Virus record (IMG/VR): IMGVR_UViG_3300020576_002947
Coordinates: 32,001 to 96,000 of that record
From: a virus
Lineage: Duplodnaviria; Caudoviricetes
Strand: one strand, 5' to 3'
Length of the DNA stretch: 64,000 bases
Under the pieces are notes generated by a model that had not been told where the DNA came from, searched no databases, and saw nothing but the letters and a program-made list of their open reading frames with translations. The translations under genes were made by a program, and so were the position numbers. Of the stretch, positions 7,110 to 16,143 are shown piece by piece. Each line of letters begins with the position of its first letter. Position 1 is the first letter of the stretch.

Positions 7110-9734
7110 ATGTCCCACTGGGCAGGAAACAACAATAATAACTATAACGGGGACAACAGAATCACGGTCGTCGGTCTTGACAAAACTGTTCTTGGTGAAG
7201 TCTTATGCTTTCCTTATGAATTCAACAACATTAAAGCAGTTTTCCAAGAAGAAGACACCAGGGTTCCTGGTGTCTACAAGGAACTCAATGCCAAGCATAT
7301 TGAGATCGTTATGCCTGCTGACTACATCCAGTGGAAAGCAAAGTCAGGCAAGACGGTTGCTATGTGCGCCTTTAATGCTAGCATGGGATTTATCAGCTGC
7401 AATCTGGGCAAACGACTAGATGGAGCTGATGAAGCCTGGTACAAAGCTATTCCTCAGACACATGCTGAGGGATTAAGAGAGGGGGCAACCTTCGATGTTA
7501 TTCAGGAACTGGTCCGACCTTACGGTATCGGCATTTCTGAAATCTGGGTCAGGAGCGACAAGTTCCTTAATCCAGATCTTGACAAGTGGAGGGAGTATCT
7601 CCCAGCTAACCCACTTTTTAACTTTTCTGATCCTAATGGAAGCTCTGCAGGTCTTACTGACAAGGAAGCTCTTGCAAACCCATTAGCTGATATGTTTGTT
7701 GATGAGAAAGATACCTGGAGAATGCACAGGATCAAGGGGCATGAGTCATTGGACGGCCCCCTTATCTATATGCGTGGTGGTGCTTCTGCAGCAGGTGGTG
7801 GTGGTCATGCTACCTATATCGGTCCTAGGTGGTCAGATAAGAACTTCGATTATGCCATTCGTCTTGATCACCTCTCCAATATCAATTACATAAAGGTACC
7901 TGATCCTATTGACACTACGGTGGAAATGGATATCAACTTGCCTGAGTCTTATCTGGTTAAGTCTACCGACGGGAATGTAAAGGTGAAAGACCTATACCCA
8001 AAAGGAGTGACTTATTCCCACAACAATCCTTATCAGAGTGGTGGGACGAACAGCTCGGCACACACGGTTACTATTTCTAGCACCGCGGATGAGGTAATAA
8101 AATTTATGTTTACTGCCGCTCCTGGTGCAGGAGTTTATTCGTCTGACTATAACAAGATGAAGTCTATGTTTTCTCAAGCGTTTAAGGGGGATTTCGAAGC
8201 TGTCTTCAGCATCGATAAACCTAGTTCATATACCAAGGACTTTTTCCCTCTTATAGCATCATTGAATAAAATGTTTCTTCTGCCTACTGATTTAGACCAG
8301 CTTGAGAAAGCATCGGCTATTTTCAGTAAGCAGCCTGCTGATCTAGGAGACTTTAGACTTAGTCCTGAAACCAAGGAAAATCCATACCCAACTCAGATTA
8401 GGGCTTGGATGGACAAGGTTAAGACTACAATTGACAAGAAGGAAATGTCATTGTATGGCTTATGGTCAGTCTATGTCTTCTTTAATATGTACTTCAATGC
8501 TCTTACTGAGGCTAGCATTAAGAAACTTTATGGAGATAAGCTTGGCCTTATGAGAGTTCTCTCAACATGGGCAATAGACTATGCTCTTAAAGTAGAACTT
8601 GCTGCTGGTGTCGAAGCAAAAGTAAAACTCATTACTGTTGAACCAGCAGAAAAGAAAGTTGCTACTATTGCTAAGAAATCAGACTTCCTTGCTATTGGAG
8701 GAATTAAGACTGCGGCTGAATTCAATCAGAGGCTTACACAATTAGCTGGAGAGGGTGTCATTCAGGAACATCTTTCCAAGACTGATATTGCAAGCTTTAC
8801 CATGATTGATGACGCTATCAAGGCTGTTCGAACCAAGTTGCTGAAGAACAAGTCTGCTGATATAGTACCTGAGTGTATTCTTGGTCAAGACTTCGGGGAG
8901 TATGATCTCATCATTTCCAAATGTGTTGAAGGCCGAAGAAAGCTAACTCGTATTGCGAGTGAAAAGCTTTTTGAGTCTATGCAATCTGTTTGGAAAGGCA
9001 AGAATGACATGCCTCCTGCTGACCTGTGTACTTTCCAGGCAGCTATGCTTATTACTAGCTGGTTCTGCAAGCCAGCTTTTGCTCATGCTGTATCCCTGTA
9101 CAGTTTCTTTGCGACAAAAACGCAAAGCACTGCTATTGTGAAGGACTACACTGAAACAAAGCTTGGGCATAACGACATGTTCAAGGCTTTTGTGGGAGTA
9201 CTTCGATCTATCCACACTGCTTACAAGGATGGCACTCTTGGACCTACTCTAGATCCAGGCATCAAGCTGTCCCAAGAAACTGAGCAGGTCCTTAGGATCT
9301 ATATGGTTCCTCCTTCTCCTGAGGTTGCAAAACTTCTTGAAGCTGTTATTCAGAACAGCGAAGAAGGCTATATGAGGTGGGTTGACAAGCAGGTCCTTGC
9401 TGACTGGAAACTCACTGGACCTCAGAACTTTATCGAACTTGATTGCAAGAAAGGAAACTTCTGGAACATTACCAATAGTAGTCCTTCCGATGCGATCTTC
9501 TTCCTTACTCTCTATGCCGCAGTAGTTCTTGCAGTTGATCAGAATGAGAATGAAGAAAGCCTTAGGCTCTTCACCCATAGTCTGTTCACTGAGTACGAGA
9601 ACTGCTTGGTTAGGGATGTCACCGAAGATATTTCTAAGGTTATCTTCATTGAGGATACTATCGAAACAGTAGCCGCCTTCCCCTGGAGTGTCTACGGCTA
9701 CATTACCGCACTTCTCAACAAGAAGGTTCGGTAG
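7110..9734 (+). CDS. Large protein with possible N-terminal papain-like Cys peptidase domain (start may be 7074)
   Basis: About 875 aa; AMCAFNASMG helix-start Cys and GGGGHATYI His-strand pattern; remainder unrecognised. Confidence 0.45.
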   Translation: MSHWAGNNNNNYNGDNRITVVGLDKTVLGEVLCFPYEFNNIKAVFQEEDTRVPGVYKELNAKHIEIVMPADYIQWKAKSGKTVAMCAFNASMGFISCNLGKRLDGADEAWYKAIPQTHAEGLREGATFDVIQELVRPYGIGISEIWVRSDKFLNPDLDKWREYLPANPLFNFSDPNGSSAGLTDKEALANPLADMFVDEKDTWRMHRIKGHESLDGPLIYMRGGASAAGGGGHATYIGPRWSDKNFDYAIRLDHLSNINYIKVPDPIDTTVEMDINLPESYLVKSTDGNVKVKDLYPKGVTYSHNNPYQSGGTNSSAHTVTISSTADEVIKFMFTAAPGAGVYSSDYNKMKSMFSQAFKGDFEAVFSIDKPSSYTKDFFPLIASLNKMFLLPTDLDQLEKASAIFSKQPADLGDFRLSPETKENPYPTQIRAWMDKVKTTIDKKEMSLYGLWSVYVFFNMYFNALTEASIKKLYGDKLGLMRVLSTWAIDYALKVELAAGVEAKVKLITVEPAEKKVATIAKKSDFLAIGGIKTAAEFNQRLTQLAGEGVIQEHLSKTDIASFTMIDDAIKAVRTKLLKNKSADIVPECILGQDFGEYDLIISKCVEGRRKLTRIASEKLFESMQSVWKGKNDMPPADLCTFQAAMLITSWFCKPAFAHAVSLYSFFATKTQSTAIVKDYTETKLGHNDMFKAFVGVLRSIHTAYKDGTLGPTLDPGIKLSQETEQVLRIYMVPPSPEVAKLLEAVIQNSEEGYMRWVDKQVLADWKLTGPQNFIELDCKKGNFWNITNSSPSDAIFFLTLYAAVVLAVDQNENEESLRLFTHSLFTEYENCLVRDVTEDISKVIFIEDTIETVAAFPWSVYGYITALLNKKVR

Positions 9735-10804
9735 TTTAAGAGCTTATCCTTATTTCTTCTTGATACTATAGGGGACAAGAACCTGTAAAGGCGTCCCCTA
9801 TAGTGTTTAAACCATTTGGTGCTGATTTGGGTATTGAATGGAAGATATAGTGGTTCGTACTCTTTAAAGAATTGAAAAGTAGGTACATCACTATTCAAAA
9901 TTAGGGGAATTTTTGCTTGGATGGCCTCCAGTACAATTAAAGAAAAGCTCTCTGAAGTTGAGGGCATTATAAATAAATTACTAATATCTAGCAAAGATCT
10001 TACTGTTTCATGATCTGTAGTGATTTTAAACTGTTCAGAGACCTGAGACATAAAGATCATATTAGAATAACCTTTAATACTAGTTTCAATATCTTTACAG
10101 TTGTCCATTAAAACTAACTGTTGGATAGTAGTTGCATAAGAGTTAGGAACAATTAGAAGAGTCTTCCATTTAAAAGTCTTTTCTATTAAACTTAGTAGAA
10201 AAACTATTTTGTGTATACCTTTGAATTCAGCAATTCTTGTAGGATACACACAAACAAGGTCATATTTATTTAAATCATAATTATCGTACAAACACCTAAC
10301 CATAGGATTTTTAGGTGGTTTAGTAAAATGAGGTAAAACAATAACCTCCTCCTCTGGTACTGAATATCTTTCTGAGATACCCTTCACCATGTAAGGAGTT
10401 AAAGCTACATAGACCGCGTTTGGGTATGGTTGGTAGTTTAGTCCAGTATACTGCTGTCCAGTCAAACTATGACTCCACACAATGAATTTAACACTTGGAT
10501 TAAGGCGCCTTATTGCATAATTAAGGTGCATAAATCCTTCAATAAAAAACACATCATGGATTAAGCAAACTTCAACACCCAAAAAACATTCGGTAAGAGA
10601 CTCCTTTACTCGTTGGTAGTACTCTTCCAATCCCTCTGAAGTAATCCATCTTGGAAACATCCGAACTTCGTTAACCACGCTCTCTTTAAAATCTGAAGTT
10701 GTGATTAAGGTAGCCTCTGGAAAAACATCTAATTGGTTTTCTACGATTTGTGCTACACTATAACTCTTTTCAAACTTAGAGATTGGGCAAAGAATAGCAG
10801 TCAT
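9698..10804 (-). CDS. Glycosyltransferase, GT-B fold (GT4-like)
   Basis: YPTRIAEFKGI, NLFIMPSTSESFSLIVLEAIQAKIPLI GT4 motif; lone - strand gene in region. Confidence 0.88.
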   Translation of the reverse strand: MTAILCPISKFEKSYSVAQIVENQLDVFPEATLITTSDFKESVVNEVRMFPRWITSEGLEEYYQRVKESLTECFLGVEVCLIHDVFFIEGFMHLNYAIRRLNPSVKFIVWSHSLTGQQYTGLNYQPYPNAVYVALTPYMVKGISERYSVPEEEVIVLPHFTKPPKNPMVRCLYDNYDLNKYDLVCVYPTRIAEFKGIHKIVFLLSLIEKTFKWKTLLIVPNSYATTIQQLVLMDNCKDIETSIKGYSNMIFMSQVSEQFKITTDHETVRSLLDISNLFIMPSTSESFSLIVLEAIQAKIPLILNSDVPTFQFFKEYEPLYLPFNTQISTKWFKHYRGRLYRFLSPIVSRRNKDKLLNYRTFLLRSAVM

Positions 10805-10824
10805 ACTGTTAATGTCGTACAGAA

Positions 10825-11931
10825 ATGGAACAATACCTTTCAACAAACAGAATTAAAGGGGATATCCCAACTATTATAGAATTAGGGGGAGAAGAAATTG
10901 AAATTCCTTCGACTCTTCAAAAGAATCTTTCTACTGTATCTTTAGACAGCAAGAACGCAGTAGTACGAAGTACTTTTATTTCTCCTGTTCTTGGAAGTAT
11001 ATTTAACTCCAGCAGGTTTGAAGATCCTGACATTAAGTTTGCTGAACTGAACAAAGCTCTGAAACTTTTAGACGAGTTAATTAGTAACTTTGTAAAAGAA
11101 TCTATTCTCAAGAGATCTCATAATCTAGGATTCAGTGCCTTTGCTCAGTCACATGAGAATGTAGGCGTTGATGAGGTAATGATATCTTCTGAGAGTTTTA
11201 AAGAACTCGTTAGATATAACAGCAATTGGTCTAAGTGTAGAAAAGTTGTTGTAGTTCGGTATCCTAATCTAGGGCCACAAACTACTATCGAGCTTAATCT
11301 GGTTATCCAGCAATCTAACAGACCTGGTGGAGAAATCAAATCAAAGTTAGGTTGCGTTTGGCTTAATCAAGCTGTTCTGAAGAACTGTCTTGAAGGCGAC
11401 GCAGATGGTGATATGATCTTTTGTAGCTTCAGTAAAAAAGGAACTCCTCTAATCCAAGACGTTCCTTTAGAAAGAAGCCAAGGTTCAATCACAGATAGCG
11501 ATATTAAACTTCTTATTAAAAAGTCTTTGGTAAACAAGGATCTTAATGAAGCAGAATACCTTGCTGCTCAGATTGATCATGTACCAATTGACAAAGCTAC
11601 CTATATTATTAGGTGGCTACTGTACCTTAAATCTCTTCAGTACACTAATGAATATCAGCCATTGAACAAAGCTTGGGAGGATATTGCTCCTGAAGCAATC
11701 AAGTTAGTTGAATTTGTCATGGACATTAGAAAAGGCGATTTTTCTAAAGAAGAGATTAAACAAAAGCTTGAATATATTGATAAAGTTTATCTTAATATTC
11801 AGATTCAGAAGTCTAAAGGACATTGGTTTGCAAAGACCGTTACCTCAGGAAAAATTCAGGACATTGAAAAGTTTCTTGAAACATTCCCTACTTCTCAATC
11901 CTACTTAGATTATTGTCAGAGAATAGAATAA
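10825..11931 (+). CDS. Minimal RNA polymerase beta'-like subunit (catalytic double-psi barrel)
   Basis: VVVVRYPNL (RxP motif) followed by LEGDADGDMI (DxDGD metal-binding loop). Confidence 0.72.
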   Translation: MEQYLSTNRIKGDIPTIIELGGEEIEIPSTLQKNLSTVSLDSKNAVVRSTFISPVLGSIFNSSRFEDPDIKFAELNKALKLLDELISNFVKESILKRSHNLGFSAFAQSHENVGVDEVMISSESFKELVRYNSNWSKCRKVVVVRYPNLGPQTTIELNLVIQQSNRPGGEIKSKLGCVWLNQAVLKNCLEGDADGDMIFCSFSKKGTPLIQDVPLERSQGSITDSDIKLLIKKSLVNKDLNEAEYLAAQIDHVPIDKATYIIRWLLYLKSLQYTNEYQPLNKAWEDIAPEAIKLVEFVMDIRKGDFSKEEIKQKLEYIDKVYLNIQIQKSKGHWFAKTVTSGKIQDIEKFLETFPTSQSYLDYCQRIE

Positions 11932-12164
11932 TGATCAGAGTTCCTCTTAACAATCCTATTAATTACAAAGATTCTTTATACACCGAAGTATTTTGCAGTG
12001 CAAACAGTTCACTAGGCAGAGCCTATTTATTAGGTCTGTCTATTCAACCTGCACAAACATTTAAAGCTATACTACCTGATAGCAGCAAAACTCCGGTTGA
12101 GGTTTACTGCGAAGGTCGGCAGTTTTTAGGGAAAGTACAATGGCCTGCACCATCAAAAAAGTAA
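11931..12164 (+). CDS. Small hypothetical protein between the RNAP-like subunits
   Basis: TAATG coupling to upstream gene; overlaps next gene start. Confidence 0.55.
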   Translation: MIRVPLNNPINYKDSLYTEVFCSANSSLGRAYLLGLSIQPAQTFKAILPDSSKTPVEVYCEGRQFLGKVQWPAPSKK

Positions 12165-13513
12165 AGAGTGGTTATTACAGTCAGTTCTATATCACTGTAA
12201 CTAAAGGAGATATTACCACCGAGTCCCCCACTACGGCAATACCTCCGACCATTATATTTAACGACAAAGGTTTTAAGATTCAAACTCTTGCTGATTTGGA
12301 GAAGGGTATCAAGAAGCATAACTACTTTGCAGGTAGTAAGGATTTTACCCAAGATAGAATCAACAACCTTACAGTTTCCCAGTATACGAAACATTTCTCA
12401 TCGTACCCTATTATTGAGAGGGAAGTAATCAACGGCAAGTGGGAAAACCATAAAGTTTCTGAGTTCCTTGCTCGAAGTTATGTTCTACTGGAACCTACCC
12501 AAGAGTACCAGGAAAAGCTTGCTAAGATGCCTTTTGTTGAGGCTGGGGAAGAGAAGGCAAAGCTGTTGGTAAAGCTACGCCCTTATATTGAGCAGAAACT
12601 AGAGCATAAGCTCGACTTCTATTCAATTCCTAAAAGGGATATCTCACAAAGAGTTTATCTTGCTGACAAAAACGGAACAGCTTTTATTGCAAAGCTTTTA
12701 TCTTTCGGCTTTCATAACGCCATCCCATGTAACCGAATTGTTCGAGAAGCAGGTTCTTTACGACAAGCGGAACGGTTTGCTAATCCATATCAACCTGTCA
12801 AAGTACACTCGGTTATTGAACCTTATACAACCTTTCTAAAGGTTGCTATTGTCAAGACTAGTCAGTCAATGCTTGACGGAGGGGATTTGTTCCCTTCAGG
12901 CCAAAAGAAAGTAGGTTCCGTTCTTCAGACAATCAAGCTTTTGCCTGATGTTGAAGATTTGAATCAACCTGATTTGGTTTATCGTCCAAACCAAGCCGGC
13001 CTAGATGTTTGGAGACAGGAGTTAATTTCATACGATGAAGTTAACGAAGGTACAGGTCCATGCAGATTAGTACTTCCAGGAGGAGTCAAAATATGTACGA
13101 GTCCTTCACCAATCCAACCACACTATCAAGATGAACCTATCGACCTTCTGTTAGACTTTACTACTTTAACAGCGAAAGGAGCTTTGGCTCTGTTTGCTAT
13201 GGTTAACGAAGATAGTTTCTCTTCTATTTGGGATTATGCTCAAGTTCTTGAAGTATTCAAATCACGAAAGCTCCAAGAGTTTAAGTATGGTTCTAAGACT
13301 CTTACAGGCTACATTTGTCTTATCCCTGTCATGAGACCGAGACAGAGACACATGGAGATTTGTAAACCTAGAAACGATATTTCGTTAGATATAGTAAGCC
13401 ACGCTATCTTAAATCAACGAATGGTTACATCCTCTTTTGTTGAGAACGAGTATCAAAGTTTAAGAAAATTTAGAAACTCTCTTGCTAATGAGATTTCACA
13501 AATAACAGGCTAA
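12140..13513 (+). CDS. Minimal RNA polymerase beta-like subunit (second double-psi barrel)
   Basis: LKVAIV...MLDGG (cf. VA...NFEDS), RLVLPGGVKI (cf. KxxGRHGNKG), DEPIDLLLD (cf. GTPVDIVLN). Confidence 0.6.
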   Translation: MACTIKKVKSGYYSQFYITVTKGDITTESPTTAIPPTIIFNDKGFKIQTLADLEKGIKKHNYFAGSKDFTQDRINNLTVSQYTKHFSSYPIIEREVINGKWENHKVSEFLARSYVLLEPTQEYQEKLAKMPFVEAGEEKAKLLVKLRPYIEQKLEHKLDFYSIPKRDISQRVYLADKNGTAFIAKLLSFGFHNAIPCNRIVREAGSLRQAERFANPYQPVKVHSVIEPYTTFLKVAIVKTSQSMLDGGDLFPSGQKKVGSVLQTIKLLPDVEDLNQPDLVYRPNQAGLDVWRQELISYDEVNEGTGPCRLVLPGGVKICTSPSPIQPHYQDEPIDLLLDFTTLTAKGALALFAMVNEDSFSSIWDYAQVLEVFKSRKLQEFKYGSKTLTGYICLIPVMRPRQRHMEICKPRNDISLDIVSHAILNQRMVTSSFVENEYQSLRKFRNSLANEISQITG

Positions 13514-13514
13514 C

Positions 13515-14273
13515 ATGCACTTCAGCCCTTTAAGAACATTTTTAACTAGGTGCCCAGGTAAGAAAGATTTCTTACCACAAAACTATCTTTTACAACAAAT
13601 TCTAAAGTTTGGTAAAGGTAGAGATATTTTAGTCAGAGGTGAGTCTGGAGATGGGCTCACCTCTTTCTCTCTAGAACTGGTTAAGGATTTGCAACAGCAA
13701 GGATTTTTTGTTGTTTACTGCGACCTATCTAAGTCGTTATATGAATTTAGACTTTATGATATTGACAAGGAAAAGCTTGCTTATATCCAAGCATACGAAC
13801 CTAAAGATATCTTAGAAGTCGTAACAAAAATTAGACAACGATTAGGAAAGACTTTTCCTATTGTGTACGTTTTTGATAACATACATTATTTTTCAGACAG
13901 CAAAACTTGGAATTTAAAAGCTAAACCTGAGGAACTTCGAGACTCTATTAGAGCATACGATAACAACTGCGTAACTATCTTCACAGAACGTGCTAGAAAG
14001 ATAAGGAAGCCTGACTTAAACTGGTTTGAGATTATCGAAGTAATAGATTCTTCTGAACCAAACCATCTCTTCAACGGAGAGAAAATAGGTAAGCTAGTCA
14101 AGTTTCGCGGCAGTGTAGGTGCTTGTGATCTATTTATAGACTACCGCCTTGGTAGAATATCACCTGCTTTCCTTTACGCAAAGGAATTAATTTTAAAAGG
14201 AGAGGCAACTCCACTCTCAACATTTAATGGAGTAAGAGGAATTTGGAACTATGTCCAATCATATAAGCATTAA
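13515..14273 (+). CDS. RecA-fold protein, probably inactive ATPase
   Basis: ILVRGESGDGLT (Walker A lacking Lys), VVYCD, VYVFDNI. Confidence 0.65.
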   Translation: MHFSPLRTFLTRCPGKKDFLPQNYLLQQILKFGKGRDILVRGESGDGLTSFSLELVKDLQQQGFFVVYCDLSKSLYEFRLYDIDKEKLAYIQAYEPKDILEVVTKIRQRLGKTFPIVYVFDNIHYFSDSKTWNLKAKPEELRDSIRAYDNNCVTIFTERARKIRKPDLNWFEIIEVIDSSEPNHLFNGEKIGKLVKFRGSVGACDLFIDYRLGRISPAFLYAKELILKGEATPLSTFNGVRGIWNYVQSYKH

Positions 14274-14730
14274 AGAAATTATTTATGGAAACATTGATCG
14301 ACCTAGAGGAGAGGATCAACTAGTCTGTCCTGTTACTTTCTACATTGATGTAGAAGGGCAGGTAATCCCAATCCTGTACCTTGTCTCAGCAAAGACACTT
14401 GATGAACTGAAGAATTATTTATCTAAGATTCATACTATTGGTCTTACCTATTGTATGTCCTATCTAGAAGCTAATAACTTTGAGATTAGCTTTAAGCCTG
14501 AGTATCAAACTGTCATGGAGGAGCTTTGCAAGACCATGTCAAAACTCCCAAAGGACATGAGTAAGCTTGAGCAAAAGATTGTTGAACCTATCGATGATAC
14601 AGATCGACAAGAGATCTCTGATCTTTGCGATGAGATGGGAATTCGTCCTTTAAATACTGAGGGGTTTAATAAGTTGACCTTTCTAGTTTTGAAGGAATCT
14701 TTAAAGAGGTCTGCGACTAAGGCGTCATAA
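14251..14730 (+). CDS. Hypothetical protein
   Basis: 159-aa ORF in operon. Confidence 0.6.
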   Translation: MSNHISIKEIIYGNIDRPRGEDQLVCPVTFYIDVEGQVIPILYLVSAKTLDELKNYLSKIHTIGLTYCMSYLEANNFEISFKPEYQTVMEELCKTMSKLPKDMSKLEQKIVEPIDDTDRQEISDLCDEMGIRPLNTEGFNKLTFLVLKESLKRSATKAS

Positions 14731-15038
14731 TGATCTTTGCTCATATTGGCAAGGTCATAGATATACAAGACAGAGAGTTTAAATGCAGAGATATTACTAC
14801 CGATGAAGTGTTTAGTCTTCATTGGACAGGAAAAGAATCTATTGCTGACTTACAAGATCAAACTTGTATTATCTATGGTGAGGTAAAAAGAGGTAAGTTC
14901 AATGCTGTACGTCTAGATATGAACAGATTTCTTACACCACTTTATGAAAACCATTTGGTTACAAATGTAATCAGTGCCCTTAAAGACCTTGAAGATAATC
15001 CATTCGACGACTTATACGAGAAATATTCCAGACTATGA
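14730..15038 (+). CDS. Small OB-fold-like protein
   Basis: IGKVIDI...CIIYGEV....AVRL strand pattern; coupled to helicase gene. Confidence 0.4.
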   Translation: MIFAHIGKVIDIQDREFKCRDITTDEVFSLHWTGKESIADLQDQTCIIYGEVKRGKFNAVRLDMNRFLTPLYENHLVTNVISALKDLEDNPFDDLYEKYSRL

Positions 15039-16141
15039 TTTCTAATAACCCGTACGCACAAGACAATACGAAAAATGTGCAACAAATAATCTCTGCAGAT
15101 AATGGACAGTTTTATGAAAACTATCTTAATGAAGTAGAGAAACTTGAAGACAAGAACAAGAAGAGGAAAGGTCCATCACTACAATGGATCGTAGAACACG
15201 AGCCTATTACTGGCCCCTTCCTGCCCTTTGTAGGGGTCTCTTCGTTATGTAAGGCCCTAAGTGACTACGACTCTGGTTTGCTTCTAATAGCAGGCCATGC
15301 TAACGCTGGTAAGAGTACTTTCATGGTTCATACCATGATGGACTTAATTTTTAATCCATTAAATACAGATCTAGTTGTTATTGACCTTTCTCTTGATGAC
15401 CCAATGGGTAAGAGATGGGAGCAGTATGTAGCTAATAGATCTGGGCTTTGTTATAGTGATATCCACCAAATGGGTGCAATGAGCCCTTATGTTGTGAAGT
15501 CATATTACCACGCAAGAGACTCTATTCTGGAAATGATTAAGCAAGGCAGGTTCTGGCCTTTAAATGCTTATCACAGCATTAGAGACGTAAAGGGTGATTA
15601 TAGGACCATGAACATTGGTACCTATACCTCCTTTGAGAGGCTCTTAAAGGGAGCAAGAGAGAAGTTTCCTAACCCAGATACTAAGATTGTAATCTTCGTT
15701 GATGCTTGGCAGGATGTTAAACTCTCTGCTACTGAAATGTACCAAATAGATGAGTACATTAGGGAACTTGCACAGTTAGCTCATAAGCTTGAGATAATGA
15801 TTGTAGGATCAGCCCACTTTAGAAAGCTAGGTGCTAAGTCCGAACCTGAGCCCGAAGACATCAGAGGATCATTAGAAGTTCACTACGCTGCTTCAGCAAC
15901 GTTCATTCTAAGAAACGACTATAAAGAAAATCCTGACAACTTCCTTAGGGCTGAAGAGGATGACTTTACAGGACCAATTATCAGACTAGAGGTACCAAAG
16001 AATAAAGTATCTATCGAAGATAGAACTATGTTCTATGGATTAGAGTCTGGCAGATGTCAACTATATCCATTCACAAGTAGTCAGTACGCTAAGTATGTTG
16101 ACTCTTGGGAAACACTTAAGAAGGACCGTCGTAAGAGATAG
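15035..16141 (+). CDS. SF4 DnaB-like replicative helicase
   Basis: GHANAGKS Walker A, SLDD, FVD Walker B, HFRK, DIRGS..V...A, KNK. Confidence 0.88.
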   Translation: MISNNPYAQDNTKNVQQIISADNGQFYENYLNEVEKLEDKNKKRKGPSLQWIVEHEPITGPFLPFVGVSSLCKALSDYDSGLLLIAGHANAGKSTFMVHTMMDLIFNPLNTDLVVIDLSLDDPMGKRWEQYVANRSGLCYSDIHQMGAMSPYVVKSYYHARDSILEMIKQGRFWPLNAYHSIRDVKGDYRTMNIGTYTSFERLLKGAREKFPNPDTKIVIFVDAWQDVKLSATEMYQIDEYIRELAQLAHKLEIMIVGSAHFRKLGAKSEPEPEDIRGSLEVHYAASATFILRNDYKENPDNFLRAEEDDFTGPIIRLEVPKNKVSIEDRTMFYGLESGRCQLYPFTSSQYAKYVDSWETLKKDRRKR

Positions 16142-16143
16142 TT

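Noticed and set aside
4447-9578. Multiple - strand and alternate-frame ORFs inside the Ubl operon genes
   Set aside because: Fully nested in longer coherent genes; Ser/Leu-rich composition typical of antisense frames
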